Assembly (NCBI GenBank): GCA_020346765.1
Contig: CP070788.1
Span: 1,908,783-1,963,571 of the forward strand
Length of the DNA stretch: 54,789 bases
Source: Nitrospiraceae bacterium
GTDB lineage: Bacteria > Nitrospirota > Thermodesulfovibrionia > UBA6902
Direction: 5' to 3'
Under the pieces are notes generated by a model. It made no database searches. It was given only the letters and a program-made list of their open reading frames with translations, and had not been told where the DNA came from. Shown here piece after piece: positions 18,475 through 28,260 of this stretch. The position numbers and the translations under genes are program-made. Each line of letters opens with the position of its first letter. Positions within the stretch are counted from its first letter, which is position 1.

Positions 18475-19776
18475 TTATATCTTCCTCTTATCAATGACCC
18501 GCTTCGCCTTGCCTTCGCTTCTCTGTATGGTCCTGGGCTCCACGAGCTTGATCCTGCACGAGACCCCCAGGAGGTCTTTAATTTCACGTTCAATGCGCTT
18601 CGAGAGGTTTTCCAGAACCTTGATTTCATCGGAGAATATCTGGTCCATCACTTCCACCTGGACTTCCATAATGTCAAGGGCGCCCTGCCTGTCCACGATG
18701 ATCTGGTAGTGGGGCTCAACCCCTTCTATGCTCATGAGGACATGCTCGATCTGCGATGGAAAGACATTCACTCCGCGGATGATGAGCATGTCATCACTCC
18801 TGCCGGTTATGCGCTGCATCCGGTAAAAGGTCCTCCCGCATGAGCATTGCTCCGTGATGAGCCGTGATATGTCCTTTGTCCTGTACCGCATGACGGGAAA
18901 GGCCTCCTTGGTGAGTGTGGTGAAGACAAGCTCGCCGGTCTGGCCGGGGGGCAGGGACTCACCCGTCTCAGGGTTGATGATTTCGGGAATGAAAAAATCC
19001 TCAAAGACATGGAGTCCGCTTTTTTCCTCGATACATTCACTGGCAACACCGGGGCCCATGACTTCGCTGAGTCCGTAGATGTCAATTGCCTTGATGCCGA
19101 GCTTTTTCTCGATTTCATCCCGCATGTTTTCGCTCCAGGGCTCGGCGCCGAAGAGGCCCACCCGGAGTTTCAGCGTCGCAGGCTCGACGTTCATTTCTCT
19201 CATGACGTCAGCAAGGTTCAGGGCGTAGGAGGGCGTACAGAGGAGAACGGTGGATCCGAAGTCCTGCATGATCATGATCTGACGCTTGGAGTTGCCCCCT
19301 GAAATGGGGATGACGGCGGTGCCCATCTTCTCCGCCCCGTAGTGGGCGCCCAGGCCACCGGTGAAGAGTCCGTAGCCGTAGGCGTTGTGCACCACATCAC
19401 CCTGGTGGGCCCCGCCGCAGGCAAGGGTCCGGGCCATGAGCTCGGCCCATGAGTCGATGTCCTGTTTCGTGTACCCTACGACCGTGGGCTTGCCCGTTGT
19501 TCCTGACGAGGCGTGTATCCTCACGACCTGCTCAAAGGGCACGGCAAAGAGGCCAAAGGGATAGTTGATTCTCAGGTCCTCCTTGGTAGTAAAAGGAATC
19601 CTGGCAAGATCGGACAGGCTTTTCATATCCCGTGGTGACACGCCTGCCTCGTCCATCTTCTTTTGGTAGTAGGGCACAGCGGAGTAGACGCGTTCGACCA
19701 GTCGTTTCAGCCTCTTCAACTGGAGTGCTTCCAGGGCTTCACGGGGAAGGGTTTCGAATTCCTCATTCCATATCAT
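18475..19776 (-). CDS. paaK: phenylacetate-CoA ligase family (aryl-acid CoA ligase), copy 2
   Basis: 433 aa and a clear paralog of 11819..13117 ([37 protein letters not shown]). It overlaps iorB by 4 nt. Confidence 0.85.
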   Translation of the reverse strand: MIWNEEFETLPREALEALQLKRLKRLVERVYSAVPYYQKKMDEAGVSPRDMKSLSDLARIPFTTKEDLRINYPFGLFAVPFEQVVRIHASSGTTGKPTVVGYTKQDIDSWAELMARTLACGGAHQGDVVHNAYGYGLFTGGLGAHYGAEKMGTAVIPISGGNSKRQIMIMQDFGSTVLLCTPSYALNLADVMREMNVEPATLKLRVGLFGAEPWSENMRDEIEKKLGIKAIDIYGLSEVMGPGVASECIEEKSGLHVFEDFFIPEIINPETGESLPPGQTGELVFTTLTKEAFPVMRYRTKDISRLITEQCSCGRTFYRMQRITGRSDDMLIIRGVNVFPSQIEHVLMSIEGVEPHYQIIVDRQGALDIMEVQVEVMDQIFSDEIKVLENLSKRIEREIKDLLGVSCRIKLVEPRTIQRSEGKAKRVIDKRKI

Positions 19777-20393
19777 CGTCTTTTATGCACCTCCTGTAAT
19801 GCCCCTGCTGCCTCGCGTCCCGCCATGAATGCGGAACGGTTCACGTCGAGAAACCTGGCGGGCACCCTGTTCCGAAGCACGCCGAGAAAGGTTTTTTCCG
19901 GAACAGGCAGGAGCAGGGACAGCGCCCCCACTAGGACCATGTTCACGGCACGCGTCTCTCCCAGGTGCTGCGCAATGGTGAGGGCATTCACGGGGATGAC
20001 CCTGAGCCTTTTCGCCGTGAGCTTCTCAAGGATGTCCTCGGGGTACTGCTCGATCCCCGTTGCCACCGAGGGTGGGAATATCTTCTGGGTGTTCACAATG
20101 ACAGTGCTGTTTTTGTGAAGGTAACGGAGGTAGCGGGCGGACTCCAGCATTTCAAAGGCCACCTCAATGTCCGCTGTGCCCGGCTCGATCAGAGGAGAGT
20201 AGACCTTGTCACCGTACCGGAGATGGGCCACCACCGATCCGCCGCGCTGGGCCATCCCGTGCACCTCGCTCTGCTTGACGTCAAATCCGGCCTCCATGAA
20301 GGCTGTGGAAAGTATTTCGCTGGCAAGGAGGATGCCCTGCCCGCCGACGCCGCAGATCAGGATATTCTTGCCTCTCCTATCGTTCATGGTCAT
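19773..20393 (-). CDS. iorB: indolepyruvate:ferredoxin oxidoreductase beta subunit
   Basis: 206 aa. It is a pyruvate/ketoisovalerate oxidoreductase gamma-type domain ([18 protein letters not shown]...HGMAQRGG). It overlaps iorA by 17 nt. Confidence 0.85.
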   Translation of the reverse strand: MTMNDRRGKNILICGVGGQGILLASEILSTAFMEAGFDVKQSEVHGMAQRGGSVVAHLRYGDKVYSPLIEPGTADIEVAFEMLESARYLRYLHKNSTVIVNTQKIFPPSVATGIEQYPEDILEKLTAKRLRVIPVNALTIAQHLGETRAVNMVLVGALSLLLPVPEKTFLGVLRNRVPARFLDVNRSAFMAGREAAGALQEVHKRR

Positions 20394-22203
20394 TGACCTC
20401 TACAATAGCGCCGAACTTGCACAAAGGAGCGCACTGGTTGCAGCCGTCACAGAGAACAGGACTGATCCGAGAGTGGCCCCGCTGCTTTGGCTTCAGGCCG
20501 AGGCGCACTGCTGTTTTTTCGTCAAGGGGAACCCACTCGATGGCAGGACAGCCGAGTTTCAGGCAGGTGCGGCAGCCCGTGCATTTTTCTGTGATGACCG
20601 TAAAGAGGAGCCTGTCCTTCCTCTTCCTCACTTCCGGCAGGAGAGCGCAGGGTGATTTTGTGATAATCACTGAAGGCTCGGGCCGTTCGATTTCCCGTCT
20701 GAGCACTTTCTCTGCTGCAGCGCTATCGTGGGGGTTCAGGGTATAGACATGATTGACGCCCACAGCCCTGCAGAGCTTTTCAATATCGATGGCAGCGGTC
20801 GGCTCACCTTTCAGTGTGGTCCCTGTGGCCGGATGGGGCTGGTGACCGGTCATGCCTGTGGTCCTGTTGTCAAGGATGATGACCGTTGAGAAACCCCTGT
20901 TGTACACAATGTCGATGAGGCCGGTGATGCCCGAGTGCACGAACGTCGAATCGCCGATCACGGCAATGACTTTGCCGAGGGCGTCGCTGCCCAGTGCCTT
21001 CTCCATACCCAGGGCCATTCCAATGCTGGCACCCATGCACACGCAGGTGTCCATGGCAGCAAGGGGCCGAAGTGCCGCAAGGGTGTAGCACCCGATGTCC
21101 CCTGAGACAAAGAGGCCGAGCTTCGAGATGGCGTAAAAGATCCCTCTGTGAGGGCACCCGGGGCAGAGGTTTGGCGGCCTGAGCGGTATCTCGCCGGATT
21201 CAAAGAGCCGGGGGCCCTTTTTACCCGTGACTGCTGACCTCACGGCCCGGGGGTCAAGCTCCCCGAATGAGGGGACACGGTCCTTTCCCCTGCAGTGAAT
21301 ACCCATGGCCTTGACATGAAGTTCGATGAAGGGGTCAAGCTCTTCCACAATCCAGAGCTCCCGTACGGAACGCGCGAACTTTCTGATCAGCTTTTCCGGG
21401 AAAGGGTAGACCATTCCCAGCTTGAGCACCGAGGCCTTCGGGAATGCCTCTTTCACATAAAGATAGGAGATGCCCGATGTGATGAAGCCGATTTTTCTGT
21501 CGCCCTTTTCGACCCTGTTCAGCTGGAAGGTATCGGCAAAGCGCGCCAGCCTCTTCATCCTCTCTTCAATCACGACGCGTCTCTTCCGGGCATTGGCAGG
21601 GAGCATGACAAACTTCTGGGGCATCTTCTCGATGCCCGGCGCTGCCCGCGGCACGGACGGCTTTTCCAGAGAGACCAGTCCCTTGACGTGGGAAACCCGC
21701 GTAGTGGTCCTCACGAGCACAGGCGTATCAAAGTCTTCGCTGAGCTCAAAGGCCTTCTTTGTGAAGCCTTTTGCCTCGGCAGCGTCGGAAGGCTCGAGCA
21801 TGGGGACTTTTGCTGCAAAGGCATAGTTGCGGTTGTCCTGCTCATTCTGGGAGCTGTGCATTTCCGGGTCGTCCGCCGTGATGATGACGAGCCCTCCCCG
21901 CACGCCCGTGTAGGAGGAGGTGAAAAGGGGGTCGGCAGCGACGTTGAGCCCCACATGCTTCATGCTGGCAAGGGCGCGGGCCCCTGCGAAGGAGGCACCG
22001 AGGGCCACCTCAAGGGCGACTTTTTCATTGGGAGACCACTCGGCATAGATCTCGTCATAACGGGACAGGTTCTCGAGTATTTCCGTAGAGGGAGTGCCGG
22101 GGTAACCTGATGCTACGCGCACCCCTGCCTCGTGGGCGGCACGGGCAATGGCCTCGTTTCCCGAGAGCAGGACTTTTTTGATGTTCGATGCTGACGTTTT
22201 CAT
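20377..22203 (-). CDS. iorA: indolepyruvate:ferredoxin oxidoreductase alpha subunit
   Basis: 608 aa. It has a TPP-binding region (GDIGCYTL...GDSTFVHSG) and a C-terminal 2x[4Fe-4S] region (CTGCRTCLKLGCPAI...CDGCNQCAPLC). Confidence 0.9.
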   Translation of the reverse strand: MKTSASNIKKVLLSGNEAIARAAHEAGVRVASGYPGTPSTEILENLSRYDEIYAEWSPNEKVALEVALGASFAGARALASMKHVGLNVAADPLFTSSYTGVRGGLVIITADDPEMHSSQNEQDNRNYAFAAKVPMLEPSDAAEAKGFTKKAFELSEDFDTPVLVRTTTRVSHVKGLVSLEKPSVPRAAPGIEKMPQKFVMLPANARKRRVVIEERMKRLARFADTFQLNRVEKGDRKIGFITSGISYLYVKEAFPKASVLKLGMVYPFPEKLIRKFARSVRELWIVEELDPFIELHVKAMGIHCRGKDRVPSFGELDPRAVRSAVTGKKGPRLFESGEIPLRPPNLCPGCPHRGIFYAISKLGLFVSGDIGCYTLAALRPLAAMDTCVCMGASIGMALGMEKALGSDALGKVIAVIGDSTFVHSGITGLIDIVYNRGFSTVIILDNRTTGMTGHQPHPATGTTLKGEPTAAIDIEKLCRAVGVNHVYTLNPHDSAAAEKVLRREIERPEPSVIITKSPCALLPEVRKRKDRLLFTVITEKCTGCRTCLKLGCPAIEWVPLDEKTAVRLGLKPKQRGHSRISPVLCDGCNQCAPLCKFGAIVEVNDHER

Positions 22204-22248
22204 TCCGTCTCAGTGCCGCAGCGTCAAGAGGACGCTTACAGGTGACTG

Positions 22249-23055
22249 CTATCCTTCCCCGGCGGAATTGAGGAGGCGGAGGGCATTATCCCTTACGATC
22301 CGCTGTTCAGACTCCTGTCCCAGGCCGAGCATTCGCACAAGCTCCAGTGTCTTCGCCTGGTCAGTCCAGGGCGAGTCTGTACCAAAAAGGATGCAGTCGT
22401 CAGGATGCCTTGATATTATAGATTTTGCGCGGTCCTTAGTCAAGAACTCAAGGGAAAATGACAGTTCCGTGTATATCTTCCTGCCGATCAGGAGCCGCTC
22501 CACTTCGTCCCAGTCATCCCATGCGCCGAGGTGGGTGGCGACGAGCTTTAGCCCGGGGAAGCTCTCCGTTACCTTCAGAATTTTTTCCGGGTCAGCGATC
22601 CGTTTCCGCGCAAAGGCAAAGTCAAAGCCCGTGTGCATTACCAGGATGAGGCCGCAGCTGGCAATCCGCTCGTACAGGGGGAACATCCGCGGCTCATCGA
22701 TGGCAAAATCCTGGTAATACGGATGGAGTTTGATTCCCCTGAACCCGGCCTGCCTGATCTGATCGACCCGTTCGCGCGCAACAGGGTCGTCAGGGTGCAG
22801 GGACGGGAATGGGATGATCCGGTCAGAGTTGATCCGTTTCGACCACGCAAGAATCGGTTCAAACTGAGACGGCTTCGTCGCTATGGAGCAGACAACGCTC
22901 TGTTCAATCCCGCTCCGGTCCATGGACGCCAGGAGGGAGGCCACCTTTCCGTCCAGATGGGCCTTCACATCACCTTCAAGCTCAAGGTGCGCCATTGCCT
23001 TTTCAGCGAGTTCGTCAGGAAAGGCATGGGTATGGAAGTCGATAATGCCTGTCAT
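22249..23055 (-). CDS. amidohydrolase-2 family metal-dependent TIM-barrel hydrolase
   Basis: 268 aa. It starts with IDFHTHAFP, the N-terminal metal-binding HxH of the family. Later His/Asp positions are present (LVMHTGF, ILFGTDSPW). Confidence 0.65.
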   Translation of the reverse strand: MTGIIDFHTHAFPDELAEKAMAHLELEGDVKAHLDGKVASLLASMDRSGIEQSVVCSIATKPSQFEPILAWSKRINSDRIIPFPSLHPDDPVARERVDQIRQAGFRGIKLHPYYQDFAIDEPRMFPLYERIASCGLILVMHTGFDFAFARKRIADPEKILKVTESFPGLKLVATHLGAWDDWDEVERLLIGRKIYTELSFSLEFLTKDRAKSIISRHPDDCILFGTDSPWTDQAKTLELVRMLGLGQESEQRIVRDNALRLLNSAGEG

Positions 23056-23067
23056 GTCCCTGGACCG

Positions 23068-24420
23068 TCAGAAGACGGGGAGGCGCGAAAGGGCCTCTTT
23101 TATTTTTTCTTCGGGATACTCGTAGTCCGTCAGTTTGCCTTCAAGGAAGTCGGCATAGGCCTGGAGGTCGAGATACCCATGACCGCTCAGGTTGAACAGG
23201 ATGGTACGCTCCTTCCCTTCCTCTTTGCAGAGGAGGGCCTCGTCGATCACTGCTTTGATCGCGTGGGCTGTTTCAGGGGCAGGGATAATGGACTCGGTGC
23301 GGGCGAACTGGAGCGCCGCCTCAAAGACCCCGAGCTGGTGGTATGCCTTTGCCTCGATGAGGCCGTCGTGATAGAGCTGGCAGACGAGAGGAGAATCAGC
23401 GTGATATCTCAGCCCTCCGGCATGGATCCCCGGCGGAATAAAATCATGGCCCAGCGTGTACATCATCAGAAAGGGCGTGAGGCCTGCCACATCGCCGTAA
23501 TCGTATCTGAATTCGCCCTTGGTGAGGGTAGGGCAGGAAGCAGGCTCCACGGCGATGACCCTGAGGTCCCGGCCGTTTATCTTGTCGGCAATAAACGGGA
23601 AGGCAATGCCTGCAAGGTTGCTGCCTCCCCCACAGCACCCGATGATAATGTCAGGGAAATCACCGGCGATCTCCAGCTGTTTCCTTGCCTCAAGACCGAT
23701 AACGGTCTGGTGAAGACACACATGATTGAGCACTGATCCAAGTGCATAGTTGGTGTCATCATGGGTAGCCGCATCCTCAACAGCCTCTGAAATGGCAAGC
23801 CCGAGGCTCCCGGGGTTTTCCGGATCTGCCTCAAGGGCCTTTTTTCCGGACTGTGTCACCGCGGAGGGGCTTGCGTGGACTTCTGCGCCCCAGGTTTCCA
23901 TGGCGATCCTGCGGTAGGGTTTCTGGTTGTAACTGACCTTGACCATGTAGACCGTGACATCGAGGCCGAAGAGCTGTCCCGCCAGTGCCATGGATGAACC
24001 CCACTGTCCCGCTCCTGTTTCCGTGGCGATTCTCCTGATGCCTGCCTTTTTGTTGTAATAGGCCTGTGGGATTGAGGTGTTTGGCTTGTGGCTCCCCGCG
24101 GGGCTTACCCCTTCGTACTTGTAGTAGATTTTGGCGGGCGTTCCGAGGGCCTTTTCAAGCCTGTGGGCCCTGTAGAGCGGCGAGGGCCTCCAGAGCGCAT
24201 ATATCTCACGCACCTCTTCCGGAATATCGATCCACCGCTCCCTGCTGACCTCCTGCTCAATCAGGGCGAGGGGGAAAATTGCCGAGAGGTCATCGGGTGT
24301 CACAGGCTGACGTGTGGCCGGGTGGAGCGGCGCCTGTGGCAGGTTGGGCATATCTGCCATGATGTTGTACCACCGGGCCGGAATGTCCTTTTCAGGAATA
24401 ATGATTTTCGTGTCTTTCAT
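23068..24420 (-). CDS. TrpB2-type tryptophan synthase beta-like PLP enzyme
   Basis: 450 aa, a long TrpB2-type length. It has the N-terminal IPARWYNI...LPQAPLHP motif and the PLP lysine context [10 protein letters not shown]. Confidence 0.85.
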   Translation of the reverse strand: MKDTKIIIPEKDIPARWYNIMADMPNLPQAPLHPATRQPVTPDDLSAIFPLALIEQEVSRERWIDIPEEVREIYALWRPSPLYRAHRLEKALGTPAKIYYKYEGVSPAGSHKPNTSIPQAYYNKKAGIRRIATETGAGQWGSSMALAGQLFGLDVTVYMVKVSYNQKPYRRIAMETWGAEVHASPSAVTQSGKKALEADPENPGSLGLAISEAVEDAATHDDTNYALGSVLNHVCLHQTVIGLEARKQLEIAGDFPDIIIGCCGGGSNLAGIAFPFIADKINGRDLRVIAVEPASCPTLTKGEFRYDYGDVAGLTPFLMMYTLGHDFIPPGIHAGGLRYHADSPLVCQLYHDGLIEAKAYHQLGVFEAALQFARTESIIPAPETAHAIKAVIDEALLCKEEGKERTILFNLSGHGYLDLQAYADFLEGKLTDYEYPEEKIKEALSRLPVF

Positions 24421-24598
24421 GGTACCTCCTGGTTTCCAGTAAAATCAGGTGATCTGCACGCACAGAATTATAAAACAATTCAGCAGGTAGTGCAATTTAC
24501 CCTGCAGACTTCAGAGCTTATTTGGCAGGGGGCTTCTGATGATTTGCTATACTTTAGGTATAATCGCCGGCAGGATGAAACTGGAAAAGGAGGATACG

Positions 24599-25060
24599 AT
24601 GGCAAGGAAGACAGCAGGCAAAAAAAGATCGGCAAGGCCCGCAGTCAGGAAAGGAAGGAAGAAGAAAGAGGCATCCATCGAGGAGATCGAGGCATCCATG
24701 GAGAAGATGGCCCTGAAAGACTTTGCGAAAAAGACCAGGGATGACCTGACGAAACTGGGCGACAAGATCCACGAGGCTACGGACCGTGGGATGCATGTCG
24801 TGAAGGAGATCGCCGAGGAAGTCCAGCGTTTCGCAAAAGACGCGACGGAACGCACGAGAATCAAGATGGAACTCCACAATCTGAAGGGGGAGCGGGACAA
24901 GTTGTACGCACTCATGGGAGAGCAGTTGAGGAACCTCTACCGGTCAAACCAGTTGAGCAGTTTGAAGAAGCGCTTCAGGTCAGACTTTGAAAAGCTCGAT
25001 GAACTGGAGCACGCCATAGAAGAGCATGAACAGACTGATCGTGAATTATCGGCCCGATAA
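24599..25060 (+). CDS. hypothetical coiled-coil protein with Lys/Arg-rich N-terminal tail
   Basis: I place the start at codon 21 of ORF 24539..25060, an ATG preceded by AAAGGAGGA. The N-terminus is MARKTAGKKRSARPAVRKGRKKKE, followed by helical heptad-like sequence. It resembles 38339..38782, where the basic tail is at the opposite end. Confidence 0.6.
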   Translation: MARKTAGKKRSARPAVRKGRKKKEASIEEIEASMEKMALKDFAKKTRDDLTKLGDKIHEATDRGMHVVKEIAEEVQRFAKDATERTRIKMELHNLKGERDKLYALMGEQLRNLYRSNQLSSLKKRFRSDFEKLDELEHAIEEHEQTDRELSAR

Positions 25061-25190
25061 AGGTTACTATAGAAGTACGTGAGATTGACCCCGGCCTGCC
25101 CGGGCCGGGGATTGTGCGCTGCCTGTACATCAGGTGCAGGCACGATCCTGAAAACAGACAACATCTGACAGGAAAGCAGGAGAACCCGGC

Positions 25191-26936
25191 ATGGGGAATC
25201 ATGGAACATCGCTGAGATATGAACGGGCGATAAAGGTGGCGGCTGTGCCGCTGTCCCTGATCATGTGCCTGCTGTTCATGACGCCCTGTCCGTCCGGGGC
25301 TGAGCCGGAAACGTGGGACCCTGCCAGGAATTATCTCCAGGAGAGGGCAGGAGAGTTCATCAGGGTAATGGTCAGCAGTGAGAATGCAATGAGCCTCGGG
25401 GGGACAACGCTCCTTGTCCCGGATATGCTTGAGCGTTTCTACCGAAGGAGGCATTACCAGCCGGCCTGGTTTGGTCATGACGGGTCATTCCCTCATACGG
25501 AGACAATGCTTGATGCCATCAGGGAGGTGGAGAAAGAAGGGCTGTCGCCTGATTTCTACCATCACCAGTCTATTACCATGCTCAGAGATGAGCTGGCCAG
25601 GGAACTGAACATGAATCCTGAAACCATGGCCGAACTTGACGTGCTCCTGACCGATGCCTATCTCATGCTGGGGTGCCACTTTTCGGCAGGTTGCATCGAC
25701 CCCTTAACCACTGAATCCGGCTGGTATGTCAACCGTGATGATCTCGATGTAAGCCTGTACCTTGAAGACGCCCTCCGGGAGAACAACATCAGGGAAAGCC
25801 TCGTCAACCTTCTGCCCATGCAGCCGTCCTATTACGGCCTCAGGCAGAAGCTTATGGAACTGCGTGAAATAACTGTCCGTGGAGGATGGCCCGAGCTTTG
25901 GGCCAGCAGGCTGCTCAGAAGAGGCGCTGATGACCCCCTGATCGGGGACATCCGGGAACGGCTTGCAGTCTCCGGCGACCTTGACGACAGCGGCAGCGAA
26001 AAGAGGAACCTCTTTGACGCCGGTCTTGAAAAGGCCGTAAGGAAGTTCCAGAAGCGTCACGGTTTGAGTCCTGATGGTATTGTCGGAAGGGAAACCCTTG
26101 CGGCCATGAACGTTACTGCTGACCGCCGCATGCGTCAGATCGAGGTGAATCTGGAACGGATGCGCTGGACGTCACGGAACCTTGGCCACCGGTATATCAT
26201 CGTAAACATTGCCGATTTCACTCTTGACATCATAGAGCACGGTGCATCTGTCATGAAGATGGATGTGGTCGTGGGCAAACCCTTCTGGCACACGCCGGTC
26301 TTCAGCGGGAAGATGCGATACATCATTGTGAATCCCTCATGGAATGTTCCTGAAAGCATTGCTCTGGAAGAGGTCATTCCCAAGGTAAAACATGACCCGG
26401 GGTACCTGGAAGCGCAGCAGATAAAGATCTTCAAAAGCTGGTCTGACAGCGCTGAGGAAATAGACCCGGAGACCATTGACTGGACACGTATAGGGGACAA
26501 TCACTTTCCCTATGCGTTCCGCCAGATGCCCGGCCCACTGAATCCCCTGGGAAATATAAAATTCATGCTCCCCAATAAATACAATGTTTATCTCCATGAC
26601 ACCCCGGCAAAGGGCCTCTTTTCCCGCAACTCACGGGCCTTCAGCCACGGCTGCATACGCGTGAGATACCCCATGAGCCTTGCCGAATACCTGCTGCGCG
26701 ACAGTCAGGAATGGAGCAGGGCGAAGATTCAGGCAGCAGTCGATGAGGGCAGGGAGCAGAGAATAAATCTTCCCGCTCCCATTGATGTCCATATTGTATA
26801 CCTCACTGCCTGGGTTGACAACGAGGGGGTCCTGAATTTCCGTAATGATGTCTATGGCAGGGATGAACTGCTCTTGAAGGCCCTGAAGAGGAGTCCTCTG
26901 CTGGTCGTCACTAAGGAAGAGGGTGCACCGCTTTAG
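25191..26936 (+). CDS. L,D-transpeptidase, YcbB/LdtD-like (PG-binding domain + YkuD catalytic domain)
   Basis: 581 aa. It has a PG_binding_1 motif (AVRKFQKRHGLSPDGIVGRETLAAMN) and the YkuD active site (YLHDTPAKGLFSRNSRAFSHGCIRV). Confidence 0.85.
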   Translation: MGNHGTSLRYERAIKVAAVPLSLIMCLLFMTPCPSGAEPETWDPARNYLQERAGEFIRVMVSSENAMSLGGTTLLVPDMLERFYRRRHYQPAWFGHDGSFPHTETMLDAIREVEKEGLSPDFYHHQSITMLRDELARELNMNPETMAELDVLLTDAYLMLGCHFSAGCIDPLTTESGWYVNRDDLDVSLYLEDALRENNIRESLVNLLPMQPSYYGLRQKLMELREITVRGGWPELWASRLLRRGADDPLIGDIRERLAVSGDLDDSGSEKRNLFDAGLEKAVRKFQKRHGLSPDGIVGRETLAAMNVTADRRMRQIEVNLERMRWTSRNLGHRYIIVNIADFTLDIIEHGASVMKMDVVVGKPFWHTPVFSGKMRYIIVNPSWNVPESIALEEVIPKVKHDPGYLEAQQIKIFKSWSDSAEEIDPETIDWTRIGDNHFPYAFRQMPGPLNPLGNIKFMLPNKYNVYLHDTPAKGLFSRNSRAFSHGCIRVRYPMSLAEYLLRDSQEWSRAKIQAAVDEGREQRINLPAPIDVHIVYLTAWVDNEGVLNFRNDVYGRDELLLKALKRSPLLVVTKEEGAPL

Positions 26937-27104
26937 CCTGCTTCTTGAAAGAATTTCCATTTATTCCAGCCGTTTCATTACGGCCCCGGCCTGCTGACAA
27001 AACGCGTCAATTTGTCTGAAATTTGACGGTTTTTATTTGGGAAATGGCAGTATTCTTCTCCGCGCTCAGCCTTTCTTTTCTTTATAATACAATGCCTTAA
27101 AAAA

Positions 27105-27120
27105 TGGCACTTAACTTGCT
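27105..27120 (+). promoter_or_regulatory. sigma54 (-24/-12) promoter upstream of the DUF882 gene
   Basis: TGGCAC-ttaac-TTGCT matches the TGGCAC-N5-TTGC consensus exactly. It lies 48 nt upstream of the ATG at 27168. Confidence 0.65.
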
Positions 27121-27146
27121 TTCTTATCCTGCCGATAAGAAAGCAA
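27116..27146 (+). promoter_or_regulatory. perfect 13-bp inverted repeat overlapping the -12 element and the start of the 5' UTR
   Basis: TTGCTTTCTTATC - ctgcc - GATAAGAAAGCAA. It is followed by AAAAAGGGGAG (SD) and the ATG. Confidence 0.6.
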
Positions 27147-27167
27147 AAAAGGGGAGTAGAGGCACGC

Positions 27168-27755
27168 ATGAGCAGAATCAAGGGGCGAAAAAGGAGCCTG
27201 CTGCCGGAAATCAGCCGAAGGCAGTTGCTCAGGATGGGACTCATCACCGTTGCCTCGGGTCTTATCCCCGGCAGGGCAATGGCTGCGGTGAACAGGCTTG
27301 CCGCCGGAGAGCGTTCAGTCTGTATTTATAACCTGCATACCAAGGAATACCTCGATGTTGTTTACTGGAGAGACGGTAAATATCTTCCTGAGGCGTTCCG
27401 GGACATCAATCACGTATTCCGCGACCATTACAACGGGGCAGTCAAGCCGATTGACAAAAAGCTCATTGACTTTCTCTATTCAATCCAGGGTAGGCTGGAC
27501 TGCAACGAACCCATCCACCTCATTTCGGGATACCGCTCGCCAGCTACGAACGCGCGGCTGAGAAAGAAGAGCAACGGCGTAGCCAGACGAAGCCTCCACA
27601 TCAAGGGGCAGGCAGCGGACATCAGGATGCCCGGTTATCAGATAAAAACCCTGAGAAGCGTTGCCTATAACCTCCAGAACGGCGGCGTAGGATACTATCC
27701 CCGGTCCAATTTTCTTCATGTTGACGTGGGAAGGGTCAGGTTCTGGAGGGGATAA
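27168..27755 (+). CDS. DUF882 / peptidase M15A family protein (YcbK/MepK-like murein endopeptidase) with Tat signal
   Basis: 195 aa. It has a twin-arginine leader (SRRQLLRMGLITVASGLIPGRAMA) and M15-type metal ligands in SGYRSP..N......S.H..G.AADI...HVD. Confidence 0.8.
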   Translation: MSRIKGRKRSLLPEISRRQLLRMGLITVASGLIPGRAMAAVNRLAAGERSVCIYNLHTKEYLDVVYWRDGKYLPEAFRDINHVFRDHYNGAVKPIDKKLIDFLYSIQGRLDCNEPIHLISGYRSPATNARLRKKSNGVARRSLHIKGQAADIRMPGYQIKTLRSVAYNLQNGGVGYYPRSNFLHVDVGRVRFWRG

Positions 27756-27756
27756 A

Positions 27757-28146
27757 TCAGGGCCTGCTCTTGCCCGACGCAATTACCAGCAGTCCCAGCC
27801 CCGAGCATGCCAGTAATACCCCGGCAGAAAAGAGATAGCGGTACGGTATTGCCAGAGGGGCCTGTCCTGATCCTGCCGTGAATGTCTCAATGCCAGCACC
27901 TGAGCGTCCCAGAACGACCATCATATTCCCCATGTTCTGAAAAAAATTTGACGTGAGGCACAGTTCCGGCACAGGCCTGAACTCTGAGATTAAGGGAAGG
28001 GTTGCCGTGGGAAGGCATATCCCTGCGATGATGAGGAACAGGGCCATTTTTTTTGTCATTGTCATCCGGTGTCTCTCTTTATCGTCCCGGCTGACCTTCG
28101 CGATGCCCGGACAGTTTAATTTATCAGGTGCTTCATCGATTGTCAA
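27757..28146 (-). CDS. hypothetical small membrane protein (start uncertain; ATGs at 28065, 28059 or 28047 are more likely)
   Basis: A hydrophobic N-terminal segment (MALFLIIAGICLP) and a C-terminal TM segment (LFSAGVLLACSGLGLLVIA) are present. I recognise no homology. Confidence 0.4.
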   Translation of the reverse strand: MTIDEAPDKLNCPGIAKVSRDDKERHRMTMTKKMALFLIIAGICLPTATLPLISEFRPVPELCLTSNFFQNMGNMMVVLGRSGAGIETFTAGSGQAPLAIPYRYLFSAGVLLACSGLGLLVIASGKSRP

Positions 28147-28260
28147 ATCAGCGCCGCCATAGCAAGGTTGAACCTTGATTTGAGCGCTGTCTCTCTTTAC
28201 ATGAGCCGATAAGGGTGCTATACAGGTACTGATGCTGTTTAATAATCAAGGAGGGTTTTT

